DNA of 64,000 nucleotides, from assembly GCA_963712275.1 (NCBI GenBank), contig CAVQHD010000001.1, forward strand, positions 256,001 to 320,000, in the 5' to 3' direction. This document shows, in pieces, positions 40,525-50,417 of this stretch. Made by a program: the position numbers and the translations under genes. Below the pieces are notes generated by a model that saw only the letters and a list, made by a program, of their open reading frames with translations, was not told the origin of the DNA and did no database searches. This stretch comes from an uncultured Rhabdochlamydiaceae bacterium. Lineage in GTDB: Bacteria; Chlamydiota; Chlamydiia; Chlamydiales; Rhabdochlamydiaceae. Numbering within the stretch: position 1 is the stretch's first letter; every line of letters begins with the position of its first letter.

Positions 40525-42003
40525 TTAAATTTCCACTTCTGGATAGAGGGGAAACCGTTTTAAAAGTGCTGCAATCTCTTGCCGGACTGAAGAAAGCACT
40601 TCAGGCGCGATCTCCACTTTTGAACGGCTTATTTGCCCCGTTTTTTCATCTTTTCCTGGCTTGGTTGCCTTTAAAAGCCGGACAATCCAAGCCCCAATCT
40701 GTTTCATTTCGGCCTCTTTCATCCCGAGTGTTGTGACAGCTGCGGGACCCACTCGAAGCCCCGATGTATACCAGGCTCCATTGGCATCATAAGGAACACT
40801 GTTTCGATTGACCGTCATCAGAGCTTCTCTAAGCGCCATTTCAGCTTGTCTTCCCATCAGCTTAAAACCTTGAGCCACATTCATGACGAGAAGATGGTTA
40901 TCGGTTCCGCCTGTTGTCAAGGGAATCCCATGGGTTAGAAGCTCTTCTGCAAGCGCTCTACTGTTGGCAACAATTTGATGAGCGTAGGTTCGAAATTCTG
41001 GAGTGTTTGCTTCTTTGAAAGCGACGGCCTTAGCCGCAAGCACATGAGGGAGCGGCCCTCCTAGGACAAGAGGACACCCTTTGTCAATCACTTCACGAAA
41101 TTCCTTCTGACAAAGCACAAGCCCACCGCGAGGCCCCCGCAATGTTTTATGCGTTGTCGATGTTACCACATGTGCAAAGGGAATAGGATCATAGCTGCCC
41201 GTCATGACTTTGCCCGCCACAAGCCCGGCGAAGTGAGCCATATCCACCATCAAAGTCGCCCCCACGCTATCTGCAATCTCGCGCATCACTGCAAAATCAA
41301 TCAAGCGAGGATAGGACGAATAGCCTGCAACCAAAATGGCAGGCTTTTCTTTTTTGACCTGCTGCTGCAGTGCTGAATAATCTAAAAGGCCTGTTTGAGG
41401 ATTGACGTCGTAAGAGATAGCATGCATCATTTTCGATGAAATATTATGACGATACCCATGGGTTAAATGCCCTCCTGAGCTCAGCGACATTCCCATCACT
41501 TTTTGATTGATCATGAGCTGCCGCACTTTTTCATACTCTTCAATCGTCAGTTCATCTAAATTTTTTCGCCCCAATTTTTCAATTTCGCGGTTCTGGACTC
41601 GGTACACTAAGATCGCCCAAAAAGCCACCATATTCGCATCGGCTCCCGAATGGGGCTGGGCATAAGCATGATCGCAATTAAAGATTTTTTTTAGCTCTTG
41701 CACCGCTATCGACTCAATCGCATCGACATTTTCACACCCTGCATAAAAACGGTGAAACGGGTGTCCTTCTGCATATTTATCCGTCAGAAGATTCCCCATG
41801 GCAAGCTGAACCGGTAGCGAACAAAAATTTTCAGATGCAATCAACTTCAGATGCGACCTTTGATCTTTCAGCTCTTGAAGAATGCTTCGAGCAATTTCAG
41901 GGCAGACGTGCTCAACGGCATCTAGTGCAGCCATGTAGGCAATCGCCGCTGATTTTTTTCCTATTTCAGGGTGACGGGATAAATATTTTTGAACACGTGA
42001 CAT
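40525..42003 (-). CDS. glyA: Serine hydroxymethyltransferase
   Basis: LIASEN, KYAEG, GGHLTHG, TTHKTLRGPRGG. ATG 42003 is preferred; the ORF-track extension comes from the palindrome. Confidence 0.97.
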   Translation of the reverse strand: MSRVQKYLSRHPEIGKKSAAIAYMAALDAVEHVCPEIARSILQELKDQRSHLKLIASENFCSLPVQLAMGNLLTDKYAEGHPFHRFYAGCENVDAIESIAVQELKKIFNCDHAYAQPHSGADANMVAFWAILVYRVQNREIEKLGRKNLDELTIEEYEKVRQLMINQKVMGMSLSSGGHLTHGYRHNISSKMMHAISYDVNPQTGLLDYSALQQQVKKEKPAILVAGYSSYPRLIDFAVMREIADSVGATLMVDMAHFAGLVAGKVMTGSYDPIPFAHVVTSTTHKTLRGPRGGLVLCQKEFREVIDKGCPLVLGGPLPHVLAAKAVAFKEANTPEFRTYAHQIVANSRALAEELLTHGIPLTTGGTDNHLLVMNVAQGFKLMGRQAEMALREALMTVNRNSVPYDANGAWYTSGLRVGPAAVTTLGMKEAEMKQIGAWIVRLLKATKPGKDEKTGQISRSKVEIAPEVLSSVRQEIAALLKRFPLYPEVEI

Positions 42004-42060
42004 GATTCTGATTCTGTCAGAAACCTCCTTTTTTCGGCGACCTCTATAAAGCAGTCGTGT

Positions 42061-42277
42061 CAAGGCACAGGAAGTTGGAGTAAATATTTGAAACTTTTGC
42101 TCACTCAGGCTTATTTCCATTTTTTCACCACCGAGGCACGGAGGGGGATGAGATTGCACAGAGAAAAAAATTTCCTCTATGCAATCTCATCCCCCTCCGT
42201 GCCTCGGTGGTGAAAAAATGGAAATAAGCCTGAGTGGGCAAAAGTTTCAAATATTTACTCCAACTTCCTGTGCTTTG
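42061..42277. mobile_element. 217-bp palindromic MITE (family D)
   Basis: CAAGGCACAGGAAGTTGGAGTAAATATTTGAAACTTTTG...CAAAAGTTTCAAATATTTACTCCAACTTCCTGTGCTTTG; no target duplication seen. Confidence 0.85.
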
Positions 42278-42361
42278 CGTTCTGCAAAAATACCTCTTGA
42301 GAAGAAACACGGGATGAAGATAACCTTAGGAGTCCAAAGTTCTATAAAGAGGTATGTTTCG

Positions 42362-43132
42362 ATGAAAGAGGCTCTTAAAGCAATTCTAGTGATTCAAGAT
42401 CTTGATATGAAGATGCTTCGACTCATGCGCGTCAAAAAGGAACGTCTTAAGGAAATTGAACAGATTGAGACTCTCCGCAAAGAGCTTCATCAGCAACTGG
42501 CTGAAAAAGAAAAAGAAATTACAGATTTCAATAAACTGATTGTCGCCTTGGAGCAGAGAATTCAAGAGATTGTTGACAAAATTAAAAAACTAGAATCCCA
42601 ACAAGGCTCCATTACAAAAGTGGAACAGTTTAATGCCATTACACAAGAGATGACCTCCTTGGAACGAGAACGCATTACAACGGAACAAAAAGTATCCGAT
42701 CTCGTCGATAAACGGGTTGCAGAAGAAGAACTTCTTGGAAAAATTAAAGAGAGCTTGCAGACCTCTGAAATTAGCAGCCTTTCTCTTGAAAAAGAGATTC
42801 GGGATAGCATCCAGCTAATCAATCAAGAAGGGTCTTCTTTAAAAGCAGAACGAGAAGAGCTCGCGAAAAGTGCAGATGTCGAGACGCTCCGAATTTACGA
42901 AAGGCTTCTCCGGAATAAAAAAGATCGAGTCATCGTTCCAATTGAAAATCGGTCCTGCAGCGGCTGCCATATTGCCCTGACTGCTCAACATGAAAATGTG
43001 GTTCGCAAAGGAGATAATCTCGTCTTCTGCGAACATTGCTCTCGAATCCACTATTGGCAACCCGAAGAAGTGGCTGCAGAAGGAGCCTCTTCTGGTGTGA
43101 AGCGGCGTCGACGTCGCATTGCAAGTGCCTAA
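42362..43132 (+). CDS. cdsZ: Coiled-coil C4 zinc-ribbon protein (CT398/CdsZ)
   Basis: IQDLDMKMLRLMR, CSGCH...CEHCSRIHYW, RRRRR tail; directly upstream of rnpB. Confidence 0.88.
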   Translation: MKEALKAILVIQDLDMKMLRLMRVKKERLKEIEQIETLRKELHQQLAEKEKEITDFNKLIVALEQRIQEIVDKIKKLESQQGSITKVEQFNAITQEMTSLERERITTEQKVSDLVDKRVAEEELLGKIKESLQTSEISSLSLEKEIRDSIQLINQEGSSLKAEREELAKSADVETLRIYERLLRNKKDRVIVPIENRSCSGCHIALTAQHENVVRKGDNLVFCEHCSRIHYWQPEEVAAEGASSGVKRRRRRIASA

Positions 43133-43138
43133 TTTTTA

Positions 43139-43497
43139 CGGGAAGGCAAGCAACCGCTAGACGCCTAAAGCGTCTAGAGGAAAGTCTGGACTTCATAGGA
43201 GAAGATACCAGTGAAAGACTGGGGGCCGAAAGAGGGTTTCCTCTTGAAGGCTACGGAAAGTGTCACAGAAAATAGTCCGCGGCTGTCTTTGATAGCCGAC
43301 AGGTTGAAAATAGAGATTTCAAGAATCTCTCACACTTGTTGAGAAGCAAGGTGCGATAAACCCTATCTGAAGCAAGAAAAGGCTCTCTCCAAAAGTGTTC
43401 TCCGCACTAGAGAGTCATTAGATCGCTCGAGAGCTTTGGCGACAAAGCTCCTAGAAGAATGGTTGCTCACGACAGAATCCGGCTTACCGCCTTCCCG
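43139..43497 (+). ncRNA. rnpB: RNase P RNA
   Basis: P1 CGGGAAGGC/GCCTTCCCG; conserved GAGGAAAGTC, CACAGAAA, ACAGAATCCGGCTTA. Confidence 0.95.
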
Positions 43498-43513
43498 GCT
43501 TTTTTACAGTAAA

Positions 43514-43614
43514 GGAAAAGGGAACGAACACGATAGCATTCACGAAAGAAATCTCCTCGCTATTTTCGTAAACGTTACCGTATCCGTTCCCTTGCCCGAT
43601 CTCTTTTCCTCTAA
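43514..43614. repeat. Degenerate, internally deleted family-B palindrome
   Basis: AACGTTACCGTATCCGTTCCCTTGCCCGATCTCTTTTCCTCTAA matches the right arm of 3144-3389. Confidence 0.7.
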
Positions 43615-43622
43615 AATAACTC

Positions 43623-43673
43623 AGCCCATCTTCCTCGCCTCGGGTCCCAGGTCCGAGATGAAGAAGATGGGCT
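43623..43673. repeat. Hairpin between convergent rnpB and porin gene (terminator or mini-element)
   Basis: AGCCCATCTTC...CTCGG / CCGAG...GAAGATGGGCT. Confidence 0.55.
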
Positions 43674-43701
43674 TAAATGCATGAACTTGATCTAAGAAGC
43701 T

Positions 43702-44787
43702 TTAGAAATCAAAGCGGAATTCCGCTGTGACTCCTTGCAACATAAGATCATCGGAAAAACGATGGTATCCAACAGCACTTCCATCTCCTTGCAGCCAAGG
43801 TATCTGATTTTGCCGAGGCCAGTATTGAAGTTCATATCCAACTTTCATCATGAAATGATTACGGTCGCGATTGAATGGAACATCCCATGAAAGCGCCATC
43901 ATCCCTTGAAACATTGCGGCAGCGAGATTACGAGTCAAACCACCCACATCGTACCCACGATACACCGCTCCTCCTGAGGAGAATGTCTGTTCATGCTTCA
44001 CTCTAAAGTGTCCATACATCAAGGCTCCTGCAAAATCTCCAAGCAGGCTAAACCGATGATTGAGCATTTTTCCCGCACTTCCTAGCACCCACATCGTGTT
44101 GAAACCGATAGAAGGACCAACGCCCCAGAAATCATTCTTGAACCGCCCAAGCGACCCGTAAGACTGTTCATTATTGGCGAAACTAAGACGGATATTTTGG
44201 TTGATCCATCCGCCTTTAACGCCAACATGAGGGCGGAGAGCAAGATACTTACTGACATAATACCAACGTCCTAACTCCCAATCAGCCATATTGTATTGGA
44301 TTTTCCAATGAATTTTACCTGAGGTAAAGCTCCCAAATAATCCTAAGTTATCGTGAACGACACCACCTGCACTGACTCCGGCACCATTGCTCGTATCTGT
44401 TTCAAACCAGGTCCAATAAAGATTGGAATCCCACATATCATGATCGATGTTGACTCCAAGACCCGCTTTAAAACCCCAGCTCCATTTGAAATTAAGCGAG
44501 TGCACGTCCTTTTGCAAAACTATCTGCCCAAGAACATCAGGTGTCTTTACTGCCCAATCTGTATTTCCAACATCTGCATGCCAATAAAGGGCATCGGCAA
44601 ATAGATACCATCCATTGTCGCTTTCAGGGCGAGCAGAGGTTAAAGTGACCATGTTCATGGGACTCATCGTTTTCATCTGCTGCGATTGCTGCTCATTCAT
44701 TTTTTGAGTGGCGGCAACCATTTCACTGTCTGCAAAAGCAGCCGTGGTACTTAGCGCAAGGACACTACATAGTACTGTTTTTTTCAT
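43702..44787 (-). CDS. MOMP-like / Lpg1974-family outer-membrane porin
   Basis: Signal peptide, DALYW, GFKAGLG, DFWGVGP, GYELQYW, C-terminal FRFDF. Confidence 0.85.
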   Translation of the reverse strand: MKKTVLCSVLALSTTAAFADSEMVAATQKMNEQQSQQMKTMSPMNMVTLTSARPESDNGWYLFADALYWHADVGNTDWAVKTPDVLGQIVLQKDVHSLNFKWSWGFKAGLGVNIDHDMWDSNLYWTWFETDTSNGAGVSAGGVVHDNLGLFGSFTSGKIHWKIQYNMADWELGRWYYVSKYLALRPHVGVKGGWINQNIRLSFANNEQSYGSLGRFKNDFWGVGPSIGFNTMWVLGSAGKMLNHRFSLLGDFAGALMYGHFRVKHEQTFSSGGAVYRGYDVGGLTRNLAAAMFQGMMALSWDVPFNRDRNHFMMKVGYELQYWPRQNQIPWLQGDGSAVGYHRFSDDLMLQGVTAEFRFDF

Positions 44788-44822
44788 CCGTTACTCCTAC
44801 CTATCTGTTTTTATTTAGGTTC

Positions 44823-45725
44823 TTATCCTCTTTTTACCAAAGGGTGTGCCTTATCGTAAACTTCTTTCTTTATTTTCTTTGAAACCTGCGTATAAATTGT
44901 GGTTGTTGCAAGTGAATGATGCCCTAATAAAGTTTGGATTGTTTTAAGATCCATTCCATTTTCAAGCCAGTGCGTTGCGATCGAATGCCGCATTGTATGA
45001 GGCGTTGCTTTTGCAGCCAGTCCCGAGGAACGTAAATAAACCTTGAAGTTCCGATCGACCGATCGAGCTGTTAACCTTTCTCCCCACCTATTTAAAAAAA
45101 GCGCCTCATGATCCTTTTCAGCCTCATGCTGCTCTCCACTGCACCCTCTTTCAGGGTGGTCCAAGTACCGCGTGATCCACTCCGCTGCAGTCTGTGTAAT
45201 TGGAATCACCCGTTCCTTTTTTCCTTTTCCTTTCACCCGAATCGTCAAATGAACTAAATCAATATCCTTTCGGTTCAATCCCACAAGTTCGCTAATTCGG
45301 AGCCCAGAGCTATAAAATAGCTCCATAATCGTGCGGTCTCGAAATCCTAGCAAAGAGGTGGCGTCGGGCTGCCTGAAAAGCATCTCGATTTCTTCCCGCG
45401 AAAGGGGCGCTGGAATGGTTTTTTCAAGCTTAGGAGCATCAATTTCCTCTAGAGGATTTTGTGTTAACACCCCTTCTTTAACAAGAAACTTGAAGAATGA
45501 GCGTAAAGAAGAGAGCCTTCTTAAAATCGTTTTCTTTCTTGCCAGTTTTTGATTGAGCTGGGCTAGATACGCCCGAATATGCTTCTTATCAACACTCTGA
45601 AGCGGCATTTGTTGGGAAAATATTTGAAACTGGTTAAGGTCAAGACTATAATTTCGGATCGTGTGAGGAGAAGCGTTACGGATCGCCCTTAAATAAGTTA
45701 AAAACTTTTCTTTCCACTGCTGCAT
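44823..45725 (-). CDS. xerC: Tyrosine recombinase XerC
   Basis: SPHTIRNY, RDR...YSSGLRISE, GKGKKER, HTMRH, LLGH, TTIY. Confidence 0.9.
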   Translation of the reverse strand: MQQWKEKFLTYLRAIRNASPHTIRNYSLDLNQFQIFSQQMPLQSVDKKHIRAYLAQLNQKLARKKTILRRLSSLRSFFKFLVKEGVLTQNPLEEIDAPKLEKTIPAPLSREEIEMLFRQPDATSLLGFRDRTIMELFYSSGLRISELVGLNRKDIDLVHLTIRVKGKGKKERVIPITQTAAEWITRYLDHPERGCSGEQHEAEKDHEALFLNRWGERLTARSVDRNFKVYLRSSGLAAKATPHTMRHSIATHWLENGMDLKTIQTLLGHHSLATTTIYTQVSKKIKKEVYDKAHPLVKRG

Positions 45726-45755
45726 AAACTCTCCTTTTGGTAGACTTATCTCTTT

Positions 45756-47342
45756 ATGAAACCGTTTCATTCTATCACTTTAGCAAATATTTCAAAAAAA
45801 GTTGGGACTCGTCTCTTATTTGAAAATGTCCAAGCAACGTTCAACCCCTCTCATCGATACGCTTTAACAGGTCCTAATGGCTCTGGTAAATCGACCCTAA
45901 TGAAACTGATGATGGGTCTTGAAGAGCCGACAGGCGGAACCGTGACGCTTCCCCGTAAAGTAGGATTTTTAAAGCAAAACATTGAAGACTTTAAAGAGTT
46001 TCGAGTTTTAGATGTTGTCATCATGGGCAATAGCCGCCTTTGGAGCGCCTTTCAAGAGAGAGACCATCTCTACGAACAAGAGATGACGGATGAAGTCGGC
46101 ATTCGACTAGGAGAGCTCGAAGAGATTGTCGCTGAAGAGAATGGCTATGCCGCTGAATCCGAAGCTGAAGAGCTTCTCAGCGGAATGGGAATTTCTTCTG
46201 CTTTTCATCAAAAAAAAATGCACCAAATCCCTCTTGACGCCCAGTTTCGGGTTTTACTTTGCCAAGCGCTCTTTGGAGATCCTGAAGCGCTCTTATTGGA
46301 TGAGCCGACGAACCATCTTGATTTAAGTTCAATTGGCTGGCTTGAAGAGTTCCTCCTGAATTATAAAGGAACATTGATTGTGATTAGTCACGACCGGCAC
46401 TTTGTCAATACAGTTGCAACCGATATTGCGGATATTGACTTTGAAACCATTATTATCTATCCAGGGAACTATGACCAAATGGTTGTGGCAAAAACATCTG
46501 TTCGAGCACGCGCAGAAGACGAAAACAAGTCAAAAGAAAAAAAGATTTCCCAGCTTCAAGAATTTGTGGCCCGCTTTGGAGCTGGAACCAGGGCCAGCCA
46601 AGTCAAATCACGGATACGAGAAATTAACCGCCTACAGCCAACAGAGCTTAAAAAATCAAACATTCAGCGACCCTACATCCGGTTCTATCCTCCTGAAAAA
46701 CCGTCAGGACAAATCGTCCTCAAAGTGGATCATATCTCAAAGAGATTCGATAGCCATCCCGTGATTGCTGATTTTTCATTTGAAATCCTCCGCGGAGATA
46801 AAATCGGGGTCATCGGAAATAACGGCCGCGGTAAAACAACGCTCCTCAAAATGCTTGCCGGCGCCCTTACTCAGGATACCGGGCGTATTGAGCTGGGCCA
46901 CCAGGTTCAGATAGGCTATTTTCCACAAAATCACTCCGACATAATTGATAAAAAAGCCTCTCTTACGCTGTTTGATTGGCTCAAAAGTCAAAAAGAAGGT
47001 GTTTATGATCAAGATATTCGGAGCGTCTTAGGAAAGATGCTCTTTGCAGGGGATGACGCTTTTAAACCTGTGATCCATCTTTCAGGTGGAGAAACCGGCA
47101 GGCTTATCCTAGCGCGGCTGATGCTCTTAAATTTCAACTTCTTGATTTTAGACGAGCCTAATAACCATTTAGATTTAGAGGCTGTTGCAGCGCTAGGCTT
47201 TGCTTTAGAGGACTATAAGGGGACAGTCATTATGGCTGCTCACGACCGAGAACTCCTCGATGAAGTCGCAACGAAAATCATTGCTTTTGAAGAAGACGGA
47301 ATTCACTTTTTTAACGGAACACTGGAAGAATACTTGGCTTAA
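45756..47342 (+). CDS. ABC-F family ATP-binding protein
   Basis: Two NBDs (GPNGSGKS, LLDEPTNHLD; GNNGRGKT, LSGGE) and no TM domain. Confidence 0.93.
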   Translation: MKPFHSITLANISKKVGTRLLFENVQATFNPSHRYALTGPNGSGKSTLMKLMMGLEEPTGGTVTLPRKVGFLKQNIEDFKEFRVLDVVIMGNSRLWSAFQERDHLYEQEMTDEVGIRLGELEEIVAEENGYAAESEAEELLSGMGISSAFHQKKMHQIPLDAQFRVLLCQALFGDPEALLLDEPTNHLDLSSIGWLEEFLLNYKGTLIVISHDRHFVNTVATDIADIDFETIIIYPGNYDQMVVAKTSVRARAEDENKSKEKKISQLQEFVARFGAGTRASQVKSRIREINRLQPTELKKSNIQRPYIRFYPPEKPSGQIVLKVDHISKRFDSHPVIADFSFEILRGDKIGVIGNNGRGKTTLLKMLAGALTQDTGRIELGHQVQIGYFPQNHSDIIDKKASLTLFDWLKSQKEGVYDQDIRSVLGKMLFAGDDAFKPVIHLSGGETGRLILARLMLLNFNFLILDEPNNHLDLEAVAALGFALEDYKGTVIMAAHDRELLDEVATKIIAFEEDGIHFFNGTLEEYLA

Positions 47343-47508
47343 ACTCGACTTTGTACAATTTTTAGCGAGCAGATCCAGAGAAATCGCTCTGCAAATTCTT
47401 GATTTCTTCGCGAAATTCATAGACGAAGGCGCTATTCATGAGCGAAGAAATCAAGAATTTGCCAGCGATTTTCTCGGAGATGCCGATAAAAATTGTACAA
47501 AGTCGAGT
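47343..47508. mobile_element. 166-bp palindromic element (family E) abutting the ABC-F stop codon
   Basis: ACTCGACTTTGTACAATTTTT...AAAAATTGTACAAAGTCGAGT with inner stem GCAAATTCTTGATTTCTTCGC/GCGAAGAAATCAAGAATTTGC. Confidence 0.8.
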
Positions 47509-47542
47509 GAAATGGTATCATCGAAAAGATAAGGAAAAATCC

Positions 47543-47974
47543 ATGATTCAAAGACTAGGACCTACAACTCCGCCCAGCGATCCCCACAGAGCCAGTTCCT
47601 CTGGCACTTTAGGGAAAACCCTTCAAACCTATGCTGAGCTTCTTTCTCACCCTAACCCTTCAAATCCTCGCGATCTGGAAGCCATTGCTAGAACAACTGT
47701 TGAACTCCGAGAAAGCGCTAAGTCGGTCATGCACGCCGCCTCTCCTGTTCTTCGCACGGCTGCAAGTGATCTTGAAAACCTCCTTCAATGCCAGCTTTCT
47801 GTCAAAGGAATCACATCAACCGTATCGATTTTAGCAGCGTCAGAACATTATTTGGACAACCCTACAACAGCAGAGTTAGGCCCTTTGGTCCAAGAGCTTT
47901 GCAATAATGCCTATGCTCTTGAACAGATGCGCAATGAGCTAAACCTTCTCTCTAAAGAGATTACAGAAGTTTAA
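47543..47974 (+). CDS. Hypothetical protein (143 aa)
   Basis: ATG follows AAGGA; Pro/Ser-rich N-terminus; flanked by two palindromes. Confidence 0.6.
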   Translation: MIQRLGPTTPPSDPHRASSSGTLGKTLQTYAELLSHPNPSNPRDLEAIARTTVELRESAKSVMHAASPVLRTAASDLENLLQCQLSVKGITSTVSILAASEHYLDNPTTAELGPLVQELCNNAYALEQMRNELNLLSKEITEV

Positions 47975-48144
47975 GAGACTGCCTACGGATTCAGGTTTCG
48001 TCGATTTTTGGGGTTATTTTGGCCAATTTTTGATTCATTTGTTGGGGGTAATATACGAAAGTTGATATTACCCCCAACAAATGAATCAAAAATTGGCTCA
48101 AAAGAACCCAAAAATCGACTGAAACTGAATCCGTAGGCAGTCTC
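47975..48144. mobile_element. 170-bp palindromic MITE (family A) with TAA target duplication
   Basis: TAA|GAGACTGCCTACGGATTCAG...CTGAATCCGTAGGCAGTCTC|TAA. Confidence 0.88.
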
Positions 48145-49310
48145 TAAAAATCCCAACAGATCTGTAAGTTTGCTCCTTGCAGCGTTAGCGTCCCATTCTC
48201 ATGATCAAAGTGGTCGACCGTGACCACTGTTGTTGCTTGATTATTCATTGCATCAAGACGCGTCATCCGATTTTGAGAATACCACTGACTCCAGTCATAC
48301 CCTAAAGAGATCGCGAGCCTCCATCGATCTTGATGGAAAAACATCTCCCATTGCACTCCCACCATTGCCTCTAGATTCGGTGCCCCTGTTGTGAGGTGTT
48401 CATTGAAAGAAGTAGGCGTTGTTGCAGCAACTCCAGGTCCACTTGAACCAATGAAGGTGCGTCCTTTTTCCTTCACATGAAAGTCTGCATACAGAAGAGA
48501 GCCCCCTACTTGCCCCAGAATCGAAAAAGAGGAGCTACAATGCCACTCAAGCTCTGCTGCGGCATGCACACCCACTCCCCAGAAACGGTTTTCAGCATGA
48601 AACGATGTGGGTAAACTTAAAGTCGGTGATGTTGTTAGCAAAGCGTTGTATTTCGCATGGTAGCTTTGATGGATGGTTGCCCCTCGCAGGCCTATTAAAG
48701 GGTGAACAGAAACAGTTTTAGCAATAAAATAACTCCGCCCCAAGCTCAGATCATACACATTGTAGGCCAAATTCCACTTAGCGGAAGCTCGATCTGCAAA
48801 AGAGCCGAGCAAAACTCCTCCCCAGTAAGGGATGAGCGCCTCCCCTTCTAAGGTTTGTAAATTGAAATTCTGAGAAGATTTGTGATCCGATTGCTCTGTC
48901 TGGAAATGGGTCCAGACCGCCGTCAGATCCCAGAAGTCTTTGTGAGAAAAGGTAAACCCGAGCCCCACCCGAAATCCCGGATCCCACCGCACTTTTGGAC
49001 TCTGCATGTGCGCTGAGAATTTTGGGGAGCTGCTTCCTAGATCCACCTTTGCCGCATATTGCAACCCCTCTTCATCAGCTCGCCAGTATAAGACATCTCC
49101 ACGAACAAACCATCCTCCATCATAAAGAGTTGGAGCGCTTTTCCCCTCCCATGTGTTGTGAATATTTTTTTCGCCGATATCTCGAAGAGTGACTCGAGCC
49201 CCTTTTTTCGTCTTGATTGGAGGCTCCGTCCCCATCTGCTGATGCCGAATCTCGCATCCCGTGGCAAGCAGCAGTAATCCCGCTAGTGAACTCGCAAAAG
49301 AGTATTTCAT
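48144..49310 (-). CDS. MOMP-like / Lpg1974-family porin with lipoprotein-like N-terminus
   Basis: LATGC, DVLYW, WDPGFRVGLG, FWGVG, C-terminal CWDF. Confidence 0.82.
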   Translation of the reverse strand: MKYSFASSLAGLLLLATGCEIRHQQMGTEPPIKTKKGARVTLRDIGEKNIHNTWEGKSAPTLYDGGWFVRGDVLYWRADEEGLQYAAKVDLGSSSPKFSAHMQSPKVRWDPGFRVGLGFTFSHKDFWDLTAVWTHFQTEQSDHKSSQNFNLQTLEGEALIPYWGGVLLGSFADRASAKWNLAYNVYDLSLGRSYFIAKTVSVHPLIGLRGATIHQSYHAKYNALLTTSPTLSLPTSFHAENRFWGVGVHAAAELEWHCSSSFSILGQVGGSLLYADFHVKEKGRTFIGSSGPGVAATTPTSFNEHLTTGAPNLEAMVGVQWEMFFHQDRWRLAISLGYDWSQWYSQNRMTRLDAMNNQATTVVTVDHFDHENGTLTLQGANLQICWDF

Positions 49311-49389
49311 TTTTTCCCTCGCCCTTTCTCCGTCTTTAGCAAGGTCAGAATAAAATTAAAATATTTTTTTACATTTAAAACCAGTCTAA

Positions 49390-49548
49390 AGGCCCGTCAA
49401 TGAATAACTTCCCACCTTAAATCGCGCCAAAGCCCCGCGATTGAGTTGTCGGAGAGGGGGGAAGTATCGATGACACCCCCCCTCTCCGACAACTCAATCG
49501 CGGGGCTTTGGCGCGATTTAAGATGGGAAGTTATTCATTGACGGGCCC
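49390..49548. mobile_element. 159-bp near-perfect palindromic MITE (family C) with TAA target duplication
   Basis: TAA|AGGCCCGTCAATGAATAACTTCCCA...TGGGAAGTTATTCATTGACGGGCCC|TAA. Confidence 0.88.
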
Positions 49549-49656
49549 TAAGTTCTGGAGTTCAGAGAAAGGTTTGCAATCTCCTATCTTTTTATTTGTG
49601 GTCGCGGTATTGTATCTAATAGATTTTTTGGAAAACTTCAAAGAAAGAGGTGTCTT

Positions 49657-50253
49657 ATGTCACTAGTTGAAAACGTTGGAAATTCAGAAAGTATTGAGTG
49701 GATGCTCAAAGAAAGCCAAGAGGAGCCTCATGAAAAAAGAGTGCATCGATTCATCCGCAAAGTTGCTAACGAACGCATGGAGTTTATCAAATCTTACAAA
49801 GAAGTCCATTTTTTAAAGGACTTGGACATCTGTTTATTATTTCCAGGAGAATTTTCTAGCTGCGCATACCATGATCAGCTGATCAAAAAACTTTCTAATT
49901 ACCACCCCCAATCGCAAGAACAGTTTGAAGATTTTATAGACTGGGTGCGAGGTCTGCGTTCCACTGTAGAATCGATAGCAAAAAATTTAACTAAAGTTGA
50001 GGAAAATTTTGCTGCAAATCCACGAGCAATAACAGTCGAAACGCTTGATTCTGGATTTCATACTCTTTTAGTAATAGCCCAGGATCGAAGAGAACTAAAT
50101 GATTATTTAGATAAGGTGTCTAAAAACTACGAACAGTGGACTGCAGAAGACTGGAAAAATATTCAAGAGATCTTCGAGAAAAAAAAGCTCCCCTTCTCCC
50201 ATGACTTTGTTCAGCGATGTCAGCGGGTGGCACTTAAAACTCTTGCTGCTTAG
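49657..50253 (+). CDS. Hypothetical protein
   Basis: 198-aa ORF with GAGGTG ribosome-binding site; no recognised motif. Confidence 0.6.
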   Translation: MSLVENVGNSESIEWMLKESQEEPHEKRVHRFIRKVANERMEFIKSYKEVHFLKDLDICLLFPGEFSSCAYHDQLIKKLSNYHPQSQEQFEDFIDWVRGLRSTVESIAKNLTKVEENFAANPRAITVETLDSGFHTLLVIAQDRRELNDYLDKVSKNYEQWTAEDWKNIQEIFEKKKLPFSHDFVQRCQRVALKTLAA

Positions 50254-50378
50254 GCTTTAGAGAGAACTCGCAAAAATCCCTCTTTGTCAGAGTCTGATTT
50301 CAGAAATTGCCTTAGAATTTCTTGCTCATGGAAACGACCAATAATTTTTTTTTGCTGTTCTTTTGGTTCACGTTTCAT
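50250..50378 (-). pseudogene. N-terminal remnant of an archaeal-type AAA ATPase
   Basis: KIIGRFHEQEILRQFLKS resembles the family start (compare FYGRKEELDRL at 62927); ends before Walker A. Confidence 0.45.
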
Positions 50379-50417
50379 GACAAAGCCTGCTTCCTCTATA
50401 GAACTGATTGTAAATAT

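Noticed and set aside
44823..45725. xerC as a phage or island integrase
   Set aside because: Housekeeping XerC size and motifs among core genes; no att repeats or phage genes.
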